Positions 10,515-21,115 of a DNA stretch of 64,000 nucleotides are shown here, in pieces. The stretch is from Candidatus Latescibacterota bacterium. Lineage in GTDB: Bacteria; Latescibacterota; UBA2968. The stretch is taken from contig OZ242195.1 in assembly GCA_965205975.1 (NCBI GenBank), positions 2,080,001 through 2,144,000 of the forward strand, in the 5' to 3' direction. The translations under genes were made by a program, and so were the position numbers. The notes beneath the pieces are model-generated. The model was not told the origin of the DNA and searched no databases. It was given only the letters and a program-made list of their open reading frames with translations. The first letter of the stretch is position 1; the number at the start of each line of letters is the position of its first letter.

Positions 10515-12587
10515 ATTGACCGCTCCAGCGACCGGAACAGATCCTTGTAATCAATGATATAGCCGTATTCCTTATCCTCACCATCGAGACGATTGACGCG
10601 GCAGATCGCCTGGAACAGACCGTGATCTTGCATCTGCTTGTCGATGTAGAGATACGTCGCCGATGGTGCGTCAAAGCCAGTCAGTAACTTATCGACCACG
10701 ATCAAAAGCTTCATCCGACCCGGCTCATCGACAAAGCGTTTCTTCACCTCCCGCTCAAACTGCCCAACCTTATTCATCGCTGTGTCTTCCGGTTCGTTAA
10801 AGTGAGCCACGAGCATCTTTCGATAGATGTCTTACTGGCGCAACTTCTCGGTAAGCCCCTCACCGGTCTCTTCGCCTTTGATATCCGCAGGAGCAGGTCT
10901 GTAAGAAGTCACAATGGCGCATTTATCCGCCAAATCGGTCTCCTGAAACATCTGAAAAAAGCGGCAAGCCGAGTAGATGCTGCCAGATACGAGCATCGCA
11001 TTACCGTGGCCACTTTGCAGACGGTCACGTGTTTCCATATCGAGCAGAATATCTGCGACAATCTTTTGCAGACGGTCCTGCGAACTCAGCACCTGTCGCA
11101 TCGTACCCCACCGTCTTTTGAGCTGCGCCTTCGCCGCGTTGGTCAGCCCCCTGGTTTTAAGCTCGAACCACTGATCAATCCTATCCTGTGAGGTAATATT
11201 CTGGTCAATATCGCGCCTCATAACGCAGATCCAACACCACATTGTCGCTCACAGCCTCGTCGTACTTGTAGGTATGGATGTACGGCCCAAAGGTCTCGAT
11301 GCTCCGCCTTTTGTCAGCTTTGAGCAGCGGCGTCCCGGTAAAGCCGATCAGCATTGCGCTCGGCAACACGGTCTTCATTGCCTCGTGGAGTTTCCCAGAC
11401 TGGGTGCGGTGGCACTCATCCACAAAAACGAATATCTCGCCCTTTGCGTGGAAACCCTTAGGCAGATGCCTGCGAATATCCTCGATAAATGCATCGATAT
11501 CGCCTTCCTCTGACGTGCCGAACTTTTGGATCAACGAACAGATCAACCACTCTTCACCAGCATTGAGCACGCGCACCAGATCAGCCCCGCTACTCGTGCG
11601 GTATATATCTTCGCTGACACCCTTGAAGACCTTTTCAATCTGTTCATCCAGTTCCGTGCGGTCAGTAATGATCAGCACCCGCGAGTCAGTAATATTTTCT
11701 CGAATCCACTTCGCCAGCCAGACCATGACCAGACTCTTGCCACTTCCCTGAGTATGCCAGATAATCCCGCCCTCGCGTCGCTTCACCTGTTCCTGAGCCG
11801 CTCGCACACCAAAATACTGATTGTGGCGACAGGTCTTCTTGATCCCCGCATCAAACACAATGAAGTTATGCACAATATCGAGCAACCGCTCCTTGCTGCA
11901 AAGTTGGCTCAGTTCCCGCAACAGCGGATTATCGCCAGCATCCGGATGCGCCTCAGACTCCTTCCAGCGCAACCAGTACTTCTCCGGCGTCTCAATCACG
12001 CCATAGCGCAACCCCTCGGTTTCATTACCCGCCATCACGAGTTGCACCGTGGTATAGAACGGACGAATGAACTCCTTTTTCTGACTATCGAGATTCTGCC
12101 GGATACCCTCAGTCACCGAGACCGTAGAACGTTTCAGTTCCAACACACCCAGCGCAATACCATTGACGTAGAGAACGAGGTCCGGACGTCTGGTATTCTC
12201 TGCAGTAACCGTCACTTCCTCAGCAATGGCAAAGTCGTTATTGTCGGGATTTTTCCAGTCAATCAACCAGACTGTATCGGTATGCTCGCCCACATCCGGC
12301 TGCACCTTTACGCCATAGCGCAGCAAACTATAGACCTCTCGGTTAACATCATAGAGCGTCTTACTCCCGCCAAGTGCCACCGCCTTGCCCAGATCAAACA
12401 GCACCTTCTCGATGATCTTCCTGCTGTGCCCCTGGCCCTTGAGCCAGTCAATAACCAGATCTCTCTCAATATTGCGATTATTATCGCGGTCCTGCCAGTT
12501 ACCCAGATAGGCATAGCCCAGCGCATCCTTGAAAAACGCAATCACGCGCTTCTGCGTGCGAATCTCCCGTTGTCCGACCTTACTCAT
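10514..12587 (-). pseudogene. hsdR: Type I restriction subunit R, inactivated
   Basis: PD..ELK nuclease, HTQGSGKS, DECHR, FTGTP, LLTGFDAP, QAICRVNR motifs over three ORFs; frameshift near 11210, in-frame TAA at 10832-10834, truncation near 10514. Confidence 0.92.
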
Positions 12588-13980
12588 CCTTCGTCTCCAC
12601 TACTTTCCAATGGCCTCCTCTGGCAGGCCCGATCCGTTCAAGGACACCCATTTTTTTCAGCTTACTGATCTGCCACTCAATTCCCTTTGCCGTGATTTCG
12701 AGTTGGTTCGCCAGTTCCGCTGTGGTGATTGAGGGATTGGCGGCGATCAGGGTCAAAATTTTCTCCCTAGTTTTCTCCCTAGTTTTCTCCCTAGTTTTCT
12801 CTTGTTCTTGGGGAGTTTCTTGGGTAGTAGCGCGATTAGTTTTTGGGGTAGTGGCACTATCGGCTACTTGATACGCAGCGGAGAATGGAAACCTCAACCA
12901 CAGACCGTCGCCGCCCGGTTCCAACTCCCACTTTGGCGTGGGATTGCCAGCCTCTTTGCAGATGTCCACGATCCGCCGAATGCCCCGTCCCCACGCTTCA
13001 ATCATTCCGGCTCGGAAGAAAGCGTAGGCAATCCGCGGGTTATACGGTTTTGACGAAAATTCCCCGGTAAGTTGACCGGCGTCCCATTCAGGCGGTAACT
13101 GCACCGCATTCCAGATCGCGATCCGGTCGTCGTACACGCGAATCTGAATCGTGGTAGGGCTGGCGTAGTCGCGGTGAATGATGGCATTGATTACCGCTTC
13201 GCGCATAGCTTCGCGCGGTACCGGAAAGGTCTCCACGCGGTAAACGCCGTCGTAGGAAATCAATGCCCTCGTATATTTTGTGTACAGCAAGTCCATTGTT
13301 CGATTGACCTGAGTAAACAGATCGCCTTCGACAATATCCTGATACAGCAGTTCCGAACCGCGAAAATAGCCGATCTTCACATACGCTTCCATCACGAACC
13401 TGTCCGGTGCCGGATGAAAGAGCATTACCGCAGCGCGCTTCAGGAAATCCGCCTCTCGCAACTGAAGCCTTTCGATGACGCCCTCATCGGATTCGTCCAA
13501 AATGTCCCGTGGCAAGCGTTCGCTGTCAGCACCACGCTGGCGAAACTCATCAAAGATACGACTGTCCAGATCCTCAAGACCGACGCCCGGCAAAGGTACA
13601 TCGTCCCATGTTCGGCCATATTTCTGCAATAGGAAGCGGCTAAGTGCCACGCCTCTGAGTACCTGCTTGGTACTGCCACTTCGATAGTGGAATTCGCCCT
13701 TATAGCTAATTGGATTCGGATAGGGATCAACCGCGATTTCCAGATATTCCCCACCATCTTCCGATTTCAGGTTCACGTCAACCACAATACCGAGCAATGA
13801 CTGAGCCTTATTGGGAATCTCTTCGAGCAATCGGAGAATGTTCTCCACTCCGACCACCTCACCCCGGTCATTCTTGCCGATTTCCAGTACGCCGCCCTGA
13901 GCGTTGGCGAATCCGCAGACCCATTTCAGGTATTCGTCTCGCCACGTCTCTTTCCATTCGATGTTCTGGCTCTCGTTCAT
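12580..13980 (-). CDS. Schlafen/AlbA_2 domain + RecG-C-like HATPase domain + C-terminal HTH protein
   Basis: ESQNIEWK..CGFANAQGG (AlbA_2); REAVINAIIHRDY, NPRIAYAF, IEAWGRGI; C-terminal wHTH ending GPARGGHW. Confidence 0.85.
   Translation of the reverse strand: MNESQNIEWKETWRDEYLKWVCGFANAQGGVLEIGKNDRGEVVGVENILRLLEEIPNKAQSLLGIVVDVNLKSEDGGEYLEIAVDPYPNPISYKGEFHYRSGSTKQVLRGVALSRFLLQKYGRTWDDVPLPGVGLEDLDSRIFDEFRQRGADSERLPRDILDESDEGVIERLQLREADFLKRAAVMLFHPAPDRFVMEAYVKIGYFRGSELLYQDIVEGDLFTQVNRTMDLLYTKYTRALISYDGVYRVETFPVPREAMREAVINAIIHRDYASPTTIQIRVYDDRIAIWNAVQLPPEWDAGQLTGEFSSKPYNPRIAYAFFRAGMIEAWGRGIRRIVDICKEAGNPTPKWELEPGGDGLWLRFPFSAAYQVADSATTPKTNRATTQETPQEQEKTREKTREKTREKILTLIAANPSITTAELANQLEITAKGIEWQISKLKKMGVLERIGPARGGHWKVVETKDE
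12760..12800. repeat. 12-bp tandem repeat (TTTTCTCCCTAG), about 3 copies, encoding KTREKTREKTREK
   Basis: Visible in sequence and translation. Confidence 0.9.
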
Positions 13981-14235
13981 GTCGCCTTCTTTTTTCTAAC
14001 CTCGAACTGCCTTACGACTTGTCCTGTGACTTGCCCTGTAACTTGCCCTATAAAGTTGTAATCTTCCGACCTCCAGCTCTATCTTGGCCCCTTACTTGGA
14101 CCCCTACTTGGACCCCTGCCTCTGACTTGATCTATCTCACGACTTGCCCTGTGATTTGCCCTGCGAAATCATCATCTTCCACTTCCCATAACCAATCTTG
14201 CACCCCAGCTTGCACCCCTACTTGTACCCCTGTGG
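13977..14235 (-). pseudogene. Decayed ORF built of two ~115-bp units, each with 12-bp GVQx and GQVT repeats
   Basis: Minus strand reads GVQVGVQAGVQDWLWEVEDDDFAGQITGQVVR* then GVQVGVQVRGQD/frameshift/EDYNFIGQVTGQVTGQVVRQFEVRKKKAT*; final TGA overlaps the ATG at 13980. Confidence 0.55.
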
Positions 14236-14539
14236 CGTTAATGGTGTTACGCGTTAAGGATACATCTATTTGTTGCTTGCTGAGTGTGAAACGTTGTCAA
14301 TCGTACTTTCTTCTGTCCAAGTGAACTGCTGTACTGACGTTGCGCGTGTGTAGTTGTACTACCGCTTCAGATTATACAGTAAACCACCTAAAAAATATGA
14401 TCAAGACATTTCAAGTCGTCAAGCACCGCTGGTGATTGAACACAGATTCACATTGGCAGATAATATGACACCTCAGAAATTGTGAAAAGTGTCTGCGTAA
14501 AGGAATGAGGATTTTCCTTTGGCCGTGCTTAGTCGGTGC

Positions 14540-16450
14540 TCATTCCTCCTCGCCTTGTTCACTCTGTTCGGCGTCATTGTCCAAAGCATTCCAAAAGGTG
14601 TTTAATACGAGCTTCAATCCAAACCACCAGGCATAGATTGCGCCGGAGGAGTAGCAGACCGTGTCATCAAGCAGGCCATGTGCGAGCTCATTCCGGAGAT
14701 TTGGTCCAAACGGACCACAGAAAAGTGCCTTTATCTCAAAACTCAGGTCCTCACCAAATATCTCTTCAGTTTGTGGAAGTTCCATAAGCGAGCTTAAACC
14801 AATTTCATTCTCTATACCATCGCTGTCCAAGTTTGTGGTTTGTACTCCTGCTTGTTTCAGGTGGTAGCGCACCATGTGTTCAATCTGGGGCACCAGAATA
14901 TGTAGAGACGTGACAAAATCCCGGTCATAACCTGCGAACAATGCTTTGCCGAAGAGCCGTTCCCGTCCAATAGGCACGATGGGAGAGTGCCTCGCAAGAT
15001 TGACAAAATCGGCTTCCCGCAAACGGTGCTCCAGAAGCAAAACCTCTTGTGCAGGCAAGATACAACCCAGAACAACGAGATTGACGTGAAGGCAATAATT
15101 CTCAATCATTTTGGCACGGATGGTCTCCTCGCCTTCATCAGCCTCACCATTATCAGAGAGTGTGCTACTGGGAGCCATTCCAGGTCGCCTTGCAATAACG
15201 CGACCATCACGACTCATTAATTGTCCGGAAAACAAGAATTGTATCGGATAGTTACGGATTTGCTCAATCGTACTTTCGCGCAGTTCTTTGGCATTCTCGT
15301 TACTAACCAGGTTGACAAATGCCTCCAGTGCCTCATTCAACGCTTTACCTCTCACTGAATTACGGGCATCATCAACGATCTGCCTGATGTCCCCACCAGG
15401 AATACGGATGACACCCATTTCATCCAGCGATCTCTCTCCAGATTCGTTGAGATGCCTTCGCAACTCCGAAATTCGTTCATCTACCCGATGCGGTGCTCGT
15501 ATTGACCTGGGAATGGTACGGTAAGTCTGGATGGCCTTCTCATAGTAGGTCACTGCGAATGCGTGGATCGGTTGATGATCCGACGACAATCTGGCGTCAG
15601 CCTCTTTAACCCAGCCCTCGGCTACCTCAACTATCATTGTGGTTGACTTCTCATTATCTCCAGACTCTTTAAACCAATCAGCCGATGTCTGGAAGTATTC
15701 GCGTGCTTTGGGGAACTCACCTTCATCCTCAAATTCGCGAGCAAGAGACTCGAGCTTTGTTGCAATCTTGGTTGAGTGATCCCTTCCGAGAGCTTTAGAC
15801 TTGAGTAGATCGGCTAACCAACAGCCAAGAAAGCCATCCTGACTCGTCACTGACGTGAATGCTTTGATGATTGAGGCTTCAATTTCGATAAGACGCTCGC
15901 CAGCCCCTGATCCGAGCAGACGAGCCAGAGTAATTGCTCTCTGCCAGCATTTATCTCCGTCACGTAACCATGTCTCCGTGTCCAATGGGATAGACCGGTA
16001 GCTATCAATAGCCGCCAAAGCGAACCTGACATCGCGGGGGCGTTGTAAAAGCCAGACCAGATCAGCCAGACGTGCCTTTAGCAGATGTGCCTTTGGACAT
16101 GGGTCATCAATTTCATCAATGATTTCCGCGAAGAAAGCGATATCGTCTTCCGAAAAAACATCTGGAATGATTGAGAGTTGACTATCCGACAATGTGAATG
16201 GCTTGAAAGGCTCGTTAAAACTCTTAGGAGAGGACTTCATGGAACAAGCAGCAGCTAACAGAGACAGCACCTTGCCATGGACCTGGCGGTCTTCGCTAAT
16301 AGCCCGCCTCGCAGCCTTAGAGAACACCTGCGAAATTGAGTGATAATTATCCCTGTCTGTACCAGCCAATACCTTCTTCCAACCACAACTGGCAAAATCT
16401 TCAGAAGTTAGACTTACGTCTTTTTGACAATCATTTTGGGACATGGTCAT
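14540..16450 (-). CDS. DUF4209-type protein: helical N-terminus and C-terminal HEPN-like motif
   Basis: LVPQIEHMVR and GPNLRNELAHG (Rx4H); start overlaps the hsdS stop. Confidence 0.75.
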   Translation of the reverse strand: MTMSQNDCQKDVSLTSEDFASCGWKKVLAGTDRDNYHSISQVFSKAARRAISEDRQVHGKVLSLLAAACSMKSSPKSFNEPFKPFTLSDSQLSIIPDVFSEDDIAFFAEIIDEIDDPCPKAHLLKARLADLVWLLQRPRDVRFALAAIDSYRSIPLDTETWLRDGDKCWQRAITLARLLGSGAGERLIEIEASIIKAFTSVTSQDGFLGCWLADLLKSKALGRDHSTKIATKLESLAREFEDEGEFPKAREYFQTSADWFKESGDNEKSTTMIVEVAEGWVKEADARLSSDHQPIHAFAVTYYEKAIQTYRTIPRSIRAPHRVDERISELRRHLNESGERSLDEMGVIRIPGGDIRQIVDDARNSVRGKALNEALEAFVNLVSNENAKELRESTIEQIRNYPIQFLFSGQLMSRDGRVIARRPGMAPSSTLSDNGEADEGEETIRAKMIENYCLHVNLVVLGCILPAQEVLLLEHRLREADFVNLARHSPIVPIGRERLFGKALFAGYDRDFVTSLHILVPQIEHMVRYHLKQAGVQTTNLDSDGIENEIGLSSLMELPQTEEIFGEDLSFEIKALFCGPFGPNLRNELAHGLLDDTVCYSSGAIYAWWFGLKLVLNTFWNALDNDAEQSEQGEEE

Positions 16451-17757
16451 TCGTTTCTCGATTCGTTTATTAGCCGTATCCGGCCAGTAAGGAGTTGCTG
16501 CATCATGCCCTGCTTGATGACACGAGCCTTGTCCCGGCGTTGTTCCAGCGCAGCGATCTCGGTATCCATGTCAGATAGGACAGCGACGATGGCCTGTTGT
16601 TCATCGACAAACGGAATTTTGAAACTCAGTTCGCCAAAAATTTTCTTCGAGATAATGCTTGTTGCTGTTATGCCAGCCTTGGCTAATAAGTAGCGCGTGT
16701 TGAGTTCGAATAGATAGTAGAGAAACTCAGCACTATAAGCAGCGTTTGGAATCACCGCATTGATTTGCTGATTACAACTCCCCTTGGTCTTGAGAATAGC
16801 GTTCTTTCCGATGCTAGCAATGCATGTGACGAGTACACTATTAGCAGGGAGCGTTCTTATCGAATTCAAACCTTCCTGCGTAATCATCCTCTCAGAAGAG
16901 ATCATGTCTCGCTGAAAAGAAATGTCAGTCGGGGTAATCCACGGATATTGTTCACCCCAAAAGGCATCAATATCAGTACGAGGTGTTGCTCCAGTTACGA
17001 TGTCTCCAAATTCAGATACACGTTTTGTCTTCCACTTCCCACTAAACCCCGGCAGGCGGGTCTTGCCAGTGAGGAGTTTCTGCATAGCGGCCTGCTTGAT
17101 AGCTCGCTTTTTGGCGATTAGTTCCTCCAACGCTTGGAGCAATCCATCCACATCCGACAACGCCTCAGCGATAGCGCGTTGTTCAGGATTTGGGGGCACT
17201 GCGATCCATACAGCCGATAGGGTTCGACCATTGGTCAGGGCACGCGTTGTGTATGTTGCATTTGATACTATCTGGGATCTAACTGCTCTGGGCGCGAAAC
17301 AATACTGTTTGTAGTAGTGGTCAAGTCGTCCATCGCGAGGCCGGGCGCGAAGGACAAAACCACTGAATACGGTATCAGGAGGATCGTCGAGCATAACGGA
17401 TGCAATACCAACCTCCTCAACAGTTTCAGATGTACGCGTAAAGAACACATCTCCCAGCCGAACCTCAAAGTTTTTAATCTCCTGGGTACTTAGATTTACC
17501 CGTCCAGATAGATCGGCCATCCTGAGTCCCGGATTTTCAAAAACGTCCATGTAGTTGACGATAGGTATCCCAGTACCGAAGAAATGCTTGGCTTTGTTTA
17601 GACCATTCTTGAATGCAAAGAGATCGCCTAGACGCACTGCGTTCCAATCATTGGGAAGTAAGCCGAGATCAGTCCGCTTGTACCTCACTGGCACCTCTTC
17701 CGATGGTGTGTGCTCGGCTTCAAGGGCGTTGCCCATTGTCTCTTGTTTCTTACTCAT
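16447..17757 (-). CDS. hsdS: Type I restriction-modification specificity subunit
   Basis: Two TRDs, conserved EQRAIAEALSDVD / EQQAIVAVLSDMD helices, KQ..MQ.LLTG..RL twice. Confidence 0.93.
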   Translation of the reverse strand: MSKKQETMGNALEAEHTPSEEVPVRYKRTDLGLLPNDWNAVRLGDLFAFKNGLNKAKHFFGTGIPIVNYMDVFENPGLRMADLSGRVNLSTQEIKNFEVRLGDVFFTRTSETVEEVGIASVMLDDPPDTVFSGFVLRARPRDGRLDHYYKQYCFAPRAVRSQIVSNATYTTRALTNGRTLSAVWIAVPPNPEQRAIAEALSDVDGLLQALEELIAKKRAIKQAAMQKLLTGKTRLPGFSGKWKTKRVSEFGDIVTGATPRTDIDAFWGEQYPWITPTDISFQRDMISSERMITQEGLNSIRTLPANSVLVTCIASIGKNAILKTKGSCNQQINAVIPNAAYSAEFLYYLFELNTRYLLAKAGITATSIISKKIFGELSFKIPFVDEQQAIVAVLSDMDTEIAALEQRRDKARVIKQGMMQQLLTGRIRLINESRNE

Positions 17758-17795
17758 CCTTTTTATTGACCCTCAACCTTCGCGCTGAACGCTAC
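17758..17795 (-). pseudogene. Probable 3'-terminal stub of hsdM
   Basis: Minus strand reads AFSAKVEGQ*KR directly before hsdS, resembling the HsdM C-terminus as recalled (..SAKVEGHLKRMG); no hsdM ORF in window. Confidence 0.5.
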
Positions 17796-17847
17796 GATCA
17801 GTCTCTGCACAACATCAACCGCAAGTAGTCCTCCGCCTCAAACTACG

Positions 17848-18675
17848 CTATCCCTGACACAACTCAGCTACCATCGCCGAATTTTCCCCGAGTTGGTCAT
17901 TGAATTTTTGATACATCCCTACCAGAAGGACATCATTGGATTTGATATTTTTAAGCGTAAAATCAAATTCTTCGCGGATCTGATTTTTGGAGTTAATAGC
18001 ACGCCCAGCAGCGAGGACTTTGAAGGTAATGCACGGCTTGTCGGTGCTGCGAATAATACCACACATGCGGTCGCGGTGTTCGCGGAGATAGATTTCACTC
18101 AAGGGTTGATGACCAAATTTTTGTTCAAATTCTTCGCGTGCGCCCTGCAAATAATACAACGCGGTCATGTAATAGTCGATATCCCAATCCTCTTCTTCGG
18201 CAATCTCAATAATACGGGGATTGTGTACCGATAAACCGACCATAACACCCGTGTCGCGGATGCGCTTGAGAATATCACGAAGATAATCCAGGCGATTTTC
18301 CTGAAAGCACCGCCCGGCAACACCGCTTCCATGGGGTGCCATACCAATGGGATTGTGTTTGGCGGCCTCGTCAATCAGCGAGGGATCGTCATACCAGTGT
18401 CCCCCTCTGCTAAGACAAAAGTAATGGATCGAACCTCCCTCATCTCGGTATCGCTGAAGATCGGTTGCCGAGCGTTCGGTAAGCGTATTTTGCCAGGCAT
18501 TAATACCCACCTCTTCTGCGCGCCGCAAAGTCGCCATAACCTGATCGGATGTATTGGCTTCTTGTTGATGTTGTGAGAGCAACTGATTGAAATGTGCATA
18601 TCCGTAGATCGGATTATCACCCATAATGAGACGGCTGATCTGATATTGTCCAAATGGAACTGTTGGAAGATTCAT
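17848..18675 (-). CDS. Aldo/keto-reductase-like TIM-barrel protein
   Basis: Likely start MNLPTVPFGQYQISRLIMG; GLSVH and FKVLAAGR motifs. Confidence 0.6.
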   Translation of the reverse strand: MNLPTVPFGQYQISRLIMGDNPIYGYAHFNQLLSQHQQEANTSDQVMATLRRAEEVGINAWQNTLTERSATDLQRYRDEGGSIHYFCLSRGGHWYDDPSLIDEAAKHNPIGMAPHGSGVAGRCFQENRLDYLRDILKRIRDTGVMVGLSVHNPRIIEIAEEEDWDIDYYMTALYYLQGAREEFEQKFGHQPLSEIYLREHRDRMCGIIRSTDKPCITFKVLAAGRAINSKNQIREEFDFTLKNIKSNDVLLVGMYQKFNDQLGENSAMVAELCQG

Positions 18676-18712
18676 CGTATTTGCCTTTGTTTTCGGTTTA
18701 CTTGATCTCAAC

Positions 18713-19780
18713 TCAATCAAACACCAGCACCGTACGCGCCACTTTCCCCTGAACCATATCTTCAAACGCCTCATTGATCTCGTCCAGCGGGCGGAAGCGC
18801 GATATCAACTCATCCAATTTAATCTTCCCCTGCCGATAGAGATCCAGAATCCACAAAAAATCAACGCGGGCACGGGCAGCGCCGTGCCACGAACCCATAA
18901 GGGCGCGGTCGCGCAAAAGATCTGTACCATCGACAGATATATCCTCCCCAGTCGGCTGCACCCCCACCACAATTGCGGCCCCAGTCGTCCGAACCGACGC
19001 GAACGCCTGCCTCACCAGCGCGGGAAACCCGACGACCTCAAACGCGTAATCCGCTCCACCGCCCGTAATCTCCATAATTCTTTGAACCGGATCTTCCCTA
19101 TCTGCATTCACAAAATGCGTCGCCCCAAACTGCTCCGCCAACTCCAACTTATACGGCACCGTATCCACCGCGATAATCTTCCCAGCAGAAGCGAGAACAC
19201 CCCCTTGAATAACATTGAGACCGACGCCCCCGCAGCCGAACACAGCCATTGTCGCGCCCGCCTCGACCTTCGCGCGATTCACCACAGCGCCGATACCCGT
19301 AATCACTCCGCAACTGATCAGACACGCTATCCGAAGATCTGTATCATCCGGCACCTTCACACACGCATCCGCCAACACAACCGACTGCTCGGTATAAGTG
19401 GGCCGCCCGTGGTGATAAACCGTCCCATTTTTGGAAATCCGACTCGGCACACCTCCCGGATGGGTTTCACAAAGCGCCGGACTGCCCTCGCTGCAATTCC
19501 GACAATAGCCACACATCGCGTCGAGAGAAAGAACAATCTTGTCCCCAACCTGAACACTGGTCACACCGGGCCCCACTTCCCTAACAACACCCGCGCCCTC
19601 GTGTCCCATAACCCAGGGAAGTGCGCGAGGCCTGACATGCCCATCCACATAGTGATAATCGCTGTGACAAACCCCTGCCCCGACAATATCGAGAAGCACT
19701 TCTCCCTCATGAGGAGATTCGATATCCACATCTTCGACAGAAACGCGGGTATGCGGTTTATGGAGAATAGCTGCTTTCAT
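18713..19780 (-). CDS. Zn-dependent alcohol dehydrogenase
   Basis: CHSD, GHEGAG, CGYCRNC..C, GCGGVG. Confidence 0.93.
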   Translation of the reverse strand: MKAAILHKPHTRVSVEDVDIESPHEGEVLLDIVGAGVCHSDYHYVDGHVRPRALPWVMGHEGAGVVREVGPGVTSVQVGDKIVLSLDAMCGYCRNCSEGSPALCETHPGGVPSRISKNGTVYHHGRPTYTEQSVVLADACVKVPDDTDLRIACLISCGVITGIGAVVNRAKVEAGATMAVFGCGGVGLNVIQGGVLASAGKIIAVDTVPYKLELAEQFGATHFVNADREDPVQRIMEITGGGADYAFEVVGFPALVRQAFASVRTTGAAIVVGVQPTGEDISVDGTDLLRDRALMGSWHGAARARVDFLWILDLYRQGKIKLDELISRFRPLDEINEAFEDMVQGKVARTVLVFD

Positions 19781-19783
19781 TTT

Positions 19784-21103
19784 TTAACTCCTATGGCTAA
19801 AATGCAAAAGATCCCGCTCCAAATATGCCGCCCATGCGAGCAATGCCTCATCGCGGTGAAACGGGGCAACAAACTGAATCCCCAGCGGCATCCCCGAATC
19901 GGACGCGAGTCCCGCGGGCAAAGCGATCACCGGCATACCCGTATGCGTCCACGGCAAATTCATACAGGGATCGCCCGTACTCGCCAATCCTTTCAAAGCC
20001 GGACCCGTCGCCGCCGGACAGGCAAGGAGATCAATCCCCCCTGCCTTCATCAAAGACTCGACCTCTTCCCGTAGCTCTATGCGCCCCATTCGCCCCGCAT
20101 CGATCTCGGATTGCGAAAGCGCGCGCCCCTCCTCAACCAGCGCACGTGTACCCGCATCATAAGTCGATGCGTATTTATCGAACCACGGCGCGTGAACCTC
20201 TGCCATCTCTCCCTTCATCATATTTCGATGCCGGTCATTGATATCGGCAATATCGTCGAACATCTGCACTTCCACGACATTATACCCCACCGTTCTAAGA
20301 GCCTGTACCTGCGCGTCAAAATCCATCCGCGCCCGTGGTTCTGTCTGATCCAAATAGGGACCCACGGGTATGCCCAACGTCGGCTTTTCCGGCCTCGCAA
20401 CAGAAGCGCGCCATTCACTACAAAGAACAGCAGCCACCATCTCCATACCCGCAACATCCTGCGTAAACACCCCAATCGTATCGACTGACGGAGAGCAATG
20501 AACAAACCCGGAAATATCAATACGCGCATAACTCGGCTTAAAGCCGACAATCCCGCAAAACGCGGCCGGGCGGATAACTGAGCCAATAGTCTGCGAACCG
20601 AGCGCAAGGGGACAATACCCGGCCGCCACTGCCGCAGCCGAACCGCTACTCGATCCACCAGGAGTAAAACCCAGATCCCGGGGATTGCGCGTTGGCCCCG
20701 GCTTAAAACACGCAAACTCAGTCGTAACCGATTTGCCGAGCACCAGCGCACCCGCCTCCCGCAACGCCTTTATGCACCCACCTTCGGACCCCGTGAGAAC
20801 CTCTGGCGGCACACCAGAACCCGCCCGCGTCTCAAACCCCTCAACATGAAAAATATCTTTAACCCCAACCAGAGTGCCGAACAACGGCGGAATCTCACCA
20901 CCACTCGCAAGCCCAGCAGCAGCATCCAACACACGTTGCAGGCGATTCGTCTCTGGCAACATCGCCCGGATATCCCCATCCCATTCATCAATGCGTTTGC
21001 AGCAGTCCGCAACGTAATCCTTCAAATCCCGCTGTCCAGAACGCAACTCAGCAGCAGTTTGAGCCAGTGGATGCGCCGCTGTTTTTTCACTCTTCATTTG
21101 CAT
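19784..21103 (-). CDS. Amidase-signature family amidase
   Basis: GVKD, PGGSSSGSAAAVAAG, GSQTIGSVIRPAAFCG. Confidence 0.92.
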   Translation of the reverse strand: MQMKSEKTAAHPLAQTAAELRSGQRDLKDYVADCCKRIDEWDGDIRAMLPETNRLQRVLDAAAGLASGGEIPPLFGTLVGVKDIFHVEGFETRAGSGVPPEVLTGSEGGCIKALREAGALVLGKSVTTEFACFKPGPTRNPRDLGFTPGGSSSGSAAAVAAGYCPLALGSQTIGSVIRPAAFCGIVGFKPSYARIDISGFVHCSPSVDTIGVFTQDVAGMEMVAAVLCSEWRASVARPEKPTLGIPVGPYLDQTEPRARMDFDAQVQALRTVGYNVVEVQMFDDIADINDRHRNMMKGEMAEVHAPWFDKYASTYDAGTRALVEEGRALSQSEIDAGRMGRIELREEVESLMKAGGIDLLACPAATGPALKGLASTGDPCMNLPWTHTGMPVIALPAGLASDSGMPLGIQFVAPFHRDEALLAWAAYLERDLLHFSHRS

Positions 21104-21115
21104 AATCCCCCAAAA

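Noticed and set aside
11205..11220. Programmed frameshift or readthrough restoring HsdR
   Set aside because: No slippery heptamer seen, and an additional TAA and deletion make the gene non-functional anyway
11526..12668. 380-aa + strand ORF
   Set aside because: Antisense shadow of hsdR
14007..14235. Possible CRISPR array
   Set aside because: Units are 12-bp degenerate tandem repeats without unique spacers; no cas genes
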